Source: Terriglobia bacterium
GTDB lineage: Bacteria; Acidobacteriota; Polarisedimenticolia; Polarisedimenticolales; JAIQFR01
Assembly (NCBI GenBank): GCA_963748015.1
Contig: CAVVHE010000004.1
Span: 704,001 to 768,000 of the forward strand
Length of the DNA: 64,000 nt
Direction: 5' to 3'
This document shows positions 59,249 through 64,000 of this stretch, in pieces (position 1 is the stretch's first letter; every line of letters begins with the position of its first letter). The position numbers were made by a program, and so were the translations under genes. The notes under the pieces were generated by a model. That model was not told the DNA's origin and did no database searches. It saw only the letters and a list, made by a program, of their open reading frames with translations.

Positions 59249-61570
59249 TCAACCCCTCCGCTCTCGGGCGCTCTTCCGCGCGGCGAGCATTTCCGAGAGC
59301 CGTGTCGCGTTGATCGGCGAGTCCGCGAAGCGGACCCCGGTCGCGTGGTACACGGCGTTGGCGACGGCGGCGGCCGTCGGGATCGTCGCCGGCTCGCCGA
59401 GCCCCTTGGCCCCCGTGGAGTTGCACTCGAGGTCCCGCGGGTCGATCGGCACCACCTTGACGTCGGTCGGGACGTCGAGCGCGGTGGGCAGCTTGTAGTC
59501 GTGGAGGTTGGCGTTCAGCATCCGGCCGGTCTGTCCCGCGTCGAGGACGCGCCGCTCGGTGGCGCCGAAGCCGATTCCCATGGTGATCCCGCCGTGCACC
59601 TGGGTCTCGTACGTTTTGAGGTTCATGGCGCGTCCGCTGTCGTGGGCCGCAGCGAAGCGGAGCACCCGGACCTCGCCGGTGAGCGTGTCCACCTCGACCT
59701 CGCAGAACTGGGCGGCGAACGCGGAGATCGCCTTCCCTTCGGGGTTCCGGCCGCGCCGCCCCACGCCGATGACGACCTGGCGCTCCCTGAACTCGGGCAT
59801 TTCCCGTAGAGCCGCCTTCTTCGCGGGGTCCTTCGTCGAGACGGCCGACCCGTCTCGCAGCGTGAGATCGCTCAGGGGGATTCCCAGGTGGCGAGAGGCC
59901 ATCTCCAGGATCTGCGTCCTGCACTCGGCCGCCGCGGCGCGAACCGCGGGCGACTCGGTCGGAACGGTCTTGCTGCCGCCGCTGGCGGTCGCGAACTGCG
60001 TCGTCCCGGTGTCGGCGTGCTCGATCTGCACCTGCTCCGGCCGGACGCCCAGCTCCTCCGCCACCACCATCGCCATGACCGTCTTGGTACCGGTGCCGAT
60101 GTCGCTCGCGCCCATGTTGAGGTTCACGCTTCCGTCGCCGGACACGCGGACGATCGCGGTGGAAGGGGGCCCGCCGCCTCCACCGATCCAGAGTGCGCCG
60201 GCCATTCCCGCGCCCCGGACCTTCGGTCCGTTGCCACGGGAGCCCGCGCGGGCTTCCTTCCACCCGAAGGCCCTGGCGCCTTCGACCAGGCATGCGCGCA
60301 GACCGGTGCTGGTGTAGGGGATCCCGCCGCGCGCCTGGCTCACCGAGGGAAGGTTCTTGAGACGCAAGTCCAGGGGGTCCAGGCCGAGACGGTCCGCCAG
60401 CTCGTCGAGGAGCTGTTCCAGCGCCCAGGAGCATTGAGGATGGCCCGGTGCCCGCATCGGCCGCTCCGTGCCGGTGTGGGTGAAAACGGGCTGGGAGACG
60501 GTGCGAACGTTGGGGCACAGGTAGAGATCCCGCACCTGCCAGTCGAGAATGGACGTGCCGCCGTCCGAAAAGGCTCCGCCGGACCCGAGCCCGTCGAACT
60601 CCAGCGCGGTGAGGGTCCCGTCCTTCCGGGCGCCGGCCTTCAGCTTCATGACGCTCGGCGGACGGTTCCCCATGACGAGAAACGTCTCCTCGCGCGTCAG
60701 GAAGAGCTTGACCGGTTGCCCGGTGCGCCGCGCGAGGATGGCGGCGATCGCGGAGTACTTTCCCGTGTCGAGCTTGCTGCCGAAGCCTCCTCCCATGTAG
60801 TGCCCGATCACTCGCACCTGGGTCAGAGGCAGATCGAACGCGCGCGCGACGGTCCGCTGCACGGGGTAGACGCCCTGCGTGGACTCCCAGAGGGTCAGGC
60901 GATCCCCGTCCCAACGGGCGACGCAGCCGTGCGGCTCCATCGGCGCGTGAATCAGGCACTCGGAATGGAAGGTCCGCTCGACGATGGCGTCGGCCTCGGC
61001 GAACCCCCTGGCGAGGTCCCCGCGCGCGTATTCCTCCGGCGGGCCGGCCTTGTTGCCGCCATCCCGGACCTCGGGAGCTCCCGGCGCCGCGGCGCGCCGC
61101 TCGTCCACGACGAAGGGGAGCGGCTCGTAGTCGACGGCGATCGCGCGAACCGCGTCCCACGCCGCGTAGGGGGTCTCCGCGGCGACCGCGGCCACCTCGT
61201 CCCCCTCGTGCCTCGCGTGCGGGTCGAACAGCCGGCTGGCGGGGCCCTTGTCCTCGAAGTGCCACGGGATCTTGGCGTCGGGGAGCGCGTCGTGAATCAC
61301 CGCCCGGACTCCGGGGAGGCGCTCGGCGCGGGACACGTCCACCTTCTTGACCCTCGCGTGGGGGTGCGGGCACCGCAGGATCGCCCCGTAGAGCATGTTC
61401 GGGAGGACGACGTCCGACGGGTACTCGGCGGTGCCGCTCACCCTCTCGTACGCGTCCACGCGGGGGAGCGGCGATCCGACGACCGCCGTCTTGTCCCACG
61501 GGGGCAGCACGGCCGCGGCGTCGCCGGACGACGCGAACAGGCCTTTCATCCAGTAGAGCGAGCGTTTCAT
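59249..61570 (-). CDS. Xanthine dehydrogenase family molybdopterin-binding subunit
   Basis: PRVD...VSG.A.Y, HAPMEPH, GGGFGSK, MRAPG, DIGTG, GAKGLGE; ATGA overlap with the 2Fe-2S gene. Confidence 0.95.
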   Translation of the reverse strand: MKRSLYWMKGLFASSGDAAAVLPPWDKTAVVGSPLPRVDAYERVSGTAEYPSDVVLPNMLYGAILRCPHPHARVKKVDVSRAERLPGVRAVIHDALPDAKIPWHFEDKGPASRLFDPHARHEGDEVAAVAAETPYAAWDAVRAIAVDYEPLPFVVDERRAAAPGAPEVRDGGNKAGPPEEYARGDLARGFAEADAIVERTFHSECLIHAPMEPHGCVARWDGDRLTLWESTQGVYPVQRTVARAFDLPLTQVRVIGHYMGGGFGSKLDTGKYSAIAAILARRTGQPVKLFLTREETFLVMGNRPPSVMKLKAGARKDGTLTALEFDGLGSGGAFSDGGTSILDWQVRDLYLCPNVRTVSQPVFTHTGTERPMRAPGHPQCSWALEQLLDELADRLGLDPLDLRLKNLPSVSQARGGIPYTSTGLRACLVEGARAFGWKEARAGSRGNGPKVRGAGMAGALWIGGGGGPPSTAIVRVSGDGSVNLNMGASDIGTGTKTVMAMVVAEELGVRPEQVQIEHADTGTTQFATASGGSKTVPTESPAVRAAAAECRTQILEMASRHLGIPLSDLTLRDGSAVSTKDPAKKAALREMPEFRERQVVIGVGRRGRNPEGKAISAFAAQFCEVEVDTLTGEVRVLRFAAAHDSGRAMNLKTYETQVHGGITMGIGFGATERRVLDAGQTGRMLNANLHDYKLPTALDVPTDVKVVPIDPRDLECNSTGAKGLGEPATIPTAAAVANAVYHATGVRFADSPINATRLSEMLAARKSARERRG

Positions 61571-62220
61571 CGCCGGCCTCCCGGCTGTTTCTTCAGCTCG
61601 GCGGCGCGGCGGACCGCCTTGACGATGTTCGGATAGGCGCCGCAGCGGCAGAGGTTGCCGCTCATGCCGACGCGGATGGTATCCGGCGAGGGGTCGGGCT
61701 CGACCCCGAGGAGGCCTTCGGCGGCGATAATCTGACCCGGGGTGCAGTAGCCGCACTGGAAGGCGTCCAGCTCGGCGAAGGCGCGCTGAACCGGTCCGAG
61801 GCGCTCGCCTTCCATCAGACCCTCGACGGTGGTGATCTCCGCTCCCTCGGCCTCGACGGCGAGGGTCAGGCACGCGTACCGCGGCTTGCCCCCCATGAGG
61901 ACCGTGCAGGCTCCGCACTCGCCCCGCTCGCAGCCAGCCTTGGCGCCGGTCAGGCCGAGCTTCTCGCGCAGGACGAACAAGAGCGACCATCGCGGCTCCA
62001 CCAGGAGGCGGTGCACGCGCCCGTTGACCCGTAGCGCGACAGGGAGGGTGTCGGCGGCGGCGGAGGAGGCCGTTTCGGCCGCCGGGGCCGCCGGGGGCGC
62101 CGCCGCACCCCGGACGGCGGCGAAACCGACCGCTCCGATCCCCGCGCTGGTCAGGAACCCCCTGCGGCTCACGCCGCCCTTCCCTGGCAGGCCCTTCTTC
62201 CTTCGAGTCGTGTCGCCCAT
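61567..62220 (-). CDS. Xanthine dehydrogenase family 2Fe-2S subunit with Tat signal
   Basis: SRRGFL twin-Arg motif, GC..GECGACT, QCGYCTPGQ, GNLCRCG. Confidence 0.95.
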   Translation of the reverse strand: MGDTTRRKKGLPGKGGVSRRGFLTSAGIGAVGFAAVRGAAAPPAAPAAETASSAAADTLPVALRVNGRVHRLLVEPRWSLLFVLREKLGLTGAKAGCERGECGACTVLMGGKPRYACLTLAVEAEGAEITTVEGLMEGERLGPVQRAFAELDAFQCGYCTPGQIIAAEGLLGVEPDPSPDTIRVGMSGNLCRCGAYPNIVKAVRRAAELKKQPGGRR

Positions 62221-62314
62221 GGCATCCTCCCGAAGCGTGGGGCCCATTCTACGACCTCCTGTGTTATTTTCGGCCCGCCCTCGTTTCGTGGCGCACGTCA
62301 GGAGGAACCCTCCG

Positions 62315-62970
62315 ATGAAGGTGAACCGCGTATTCTCGCCGGAGGACTTCCGGCGCGTGGAGGAGGCGGTCCACGAGGCCGAGAAGAGGACGTCGGGAGA
62401 GATCGTGCCGTTCGTGGTCGAGCGGTCGGACGCGTACGCGAGCGCGACCTGGCGAGCCTCGACCCTCGGCGCGCTTCTCGCGTCGCTCGGCACCGCCGCG
62501 GCGATCCACTGGGTCGAGGTCTGGGGCGTCCCGCTGTCGCTGTGGATCGCGGGCCCCGCCGTGCTCGGGGCGGGAATCGGGCACCTGGCCGCCGAGCTGG
62601 TTCCTGCGCTGAAGCGCGCACTGATTCCCCGGCGAGTGCTGTCGGAGCGGGTCGACGAGCGCGCCGCGCAGGCCTTCCTCTCGGAAGAGGTATTCGCCAC
62701 CCGGGAGCGTACCGGCGTGCTGATCTTCCTCTCGCTCTTCGAGCGGCGGGCCGTCGTGATGGGCGACAAGGGAATCGCGGCGAAGGTCCGGCAGGAGGAA
62801 TGGGACGGCGTGATCGAGCTCCTGGTGCGCGGCATGCGGGGGGGAGAGCGGGGGAGGCGCTCGTCGGCGCGATCGAACGGTGCAGCACGCTTTTGGAGGG
62901 GCGAGGCGTCGAGATCCGGGCCGACGACCGGGACGAGCTCGCCGACGGTCTCAGGATGGGGAAGCCCTGA
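62315..62970 (+). CDS. TPM domain protein (frameshift in G-run 62838-62844)
   Basis: AEKRTSGEIV, TRERTGVLIFLS..E...V..D.GI. Adding one G gives GMRGGRAGEALVGAI..DELAD. Confidence 0.8.
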
Positions 62971-62972
62971 CC

Positions 62973-63890
62973 ATGGGAGCGGCCTCCGTCCGGCTCGTCG
63001 CCGCGCTCACGATCACGGGCGCCTTGGCCACGGGCGCGGCCGCGATCGAGGTGCCCTACCTGAGCGGACGGGTCAACGACGCCGCCGCGATGATCCCTCC
63101 CGCGACAAGGGACCGGATCGAGTCGAAGCTGGCGGAGCTCGAGAAGGGGACGACGGCGCAGCTCGCCGTCCTGACCGTGGCGTCGCTCGACGGGGAGCCG
63201 CTCGAGGACTTCTCGATCAAGGTCGCCGAGACGTGGAAGCTCGGCCGGAAGGGGAAGGACAACGGGGCGCTTCTCCTGATCGCGAAGGACGACCGGAAGA
63301 TGCGGATCGAGGTCGGATACGGTCTCGAGGAGACCCTGACCGATGCGATGTGCAGGAGGATCCTCGACGGGGTGGTGCGGCCGCGCTTCCGCGCGGGCGA
63401 CTACGGCGGGGGCGTCGAAGCGGGCGTGGACGCGGTGATCGCGGCGATCGAAGGGAAGGAGATCCCGGAACCGGCATCCGGGCTGCTGGCGACCGCCCCG
63501 GGGATTCCCTGGTACGTCCGGCTCATCGGGCTCTCGGTTTTCGCCGTCGTGATCGGGCTCTTCTCTCTGATCGCGATCGTGGGGCCCGCGGTCCCAGGAT
63601 GGTTCCTCTACCTCTTTCTCGTCCCGTTCTACGCCGTCTTCCCCTCGGTGCTGATCCATCCCAAGGCAGGCGCGGTGCTGGCCGGCGGCTGGCTGCTCGC
63701 GCTGCCCGTCGCCCGGCTCCTCCTCCATCGCTCGGGCGGGGGGCGGTCGTTCCTGTCGAGGCATCCGGGGCTCGTCGCGCTCGCGGCGTCGGGCGGTCGC
63801 GGGCGCGGGGGCGGCTCGTGGGGCGGGTCGTCGGGCTTCTCGGGCGGCGGCGGCAGCTTCGGGGGCGGGGGCGCCTCGAGCGGGTGGTGA
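62973..63890 (+). CDS. TPM domain protein, YgcG-like
   Basis: GRVND.A, W.LGRKGKDNG.LLLIA..DR..RIEVGYGLE, C-terminal GFSGGGGSFGGGGASSGW. Confidence 0.93.
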   Translation: MGAASVRLVAALTITGALATGAAAIEVPYLSGRVNDAAAMIPPATRDRIESKLAELEKGTTAQLAVLTVASLDGEPLEDFSIKVAETWKLGRKGKDNGALLLIAKDDRKMRIEVGYGLEETLTDAMCRRILDGVVRPRFRAGDYGGGVEAGVDAVIAAIEGKEIPEPASGLLATAPGIPWYVRLIGLSVFAVVIGLFSLIAIVGPAVPGWFLYLFLVPFYAVFPSVLIHPKAGAVLAGGWLLALPVARLLLHRSGGGRSFLSRHPGLVALAASGGRGRGGGSWGGSSGFSGGGGSFGGGGASSGW

Positions 63891-63905
63891 GATGGAGCGC
63901 GGCCG

Positions 63906-64000
63906 ATGAAACCCTCGCTGTTCGCTAGCATGGTGGTCAACCTCTTCCTGATCGTGGACCCGATCGGGCTGATGCCGCTCTTCGCGGCGATCACGAGCCG
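63906..64000 (+). CDS. MarC family membrane protein (5' part, runs off the window)
   Basis: LFLIVDPIGLMPLF MarC N-terminal motif. Confidence 0.75.
   Translation, partial: MKPSLFASMVVNLFLIVDPIGLMPLFAAITS

Noticed and set aside
59249..63928. 913-aa, 422-aa and 699-aa ORF calls
   Set aside because: Over-extended starts or post-frameshift read-through. The real genes start at 61570, 62220 and 62315.
1..64000. Numerous long Arg/Pro/Gly-rich overlapping ORFs; search for tRNA, rRNA, integrase, transposase and defence genes
   Set aside because: The ORFs are expected shadows in high-GC DNA with no motifs. No RNA genes, mobile elements or defence genes were recognised by eye.

Overview
High-GC bacterial DNA (about 70% by eye), gene-dense, with no rRNA, tRNA, IS element or CRISPR array seen. 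The gene content suggests Acidobacteriota (inference only). The main result is a compact, apparently complete RiPP-like locus at about 39.0-47.7 kb. It has two tandem 38-aa Cys/Trp-containing precursor ORFs that are missing from the ORF track (40073-40189, 40309-40425). Facing them is a translationally coupled operon: degenerate ATP-grasp, radical SAM/SPASM with an RRE-like N-terminus, intact ATP-grasp, HExxxH metallopeptidase. A divergent HlyD + ABC exporter and a flanking Cys-type GrdB/PrdB-like gene complete the locus. Other points of note: five unrelated secreted proteins share a ~100-aa C-terminal domain (candidate sorting or anchoring module); three B12-binding radical SAM enzymes cluster with two GNATs, one resembling bacterial ceramide synthase; and a histidine kinase/NtrC-like pair sits upstream of a sigma-54 promoter driving an alternative sigma-70 factor. 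The rest is peptidases, a Ser/Thr kinase-FHA pair, an ECF sigma, hbd-ackA, a Tat-exported Xdh-family trio and TPM/MarC genes. Four genes carry single-base indels that look like sequencing errors.
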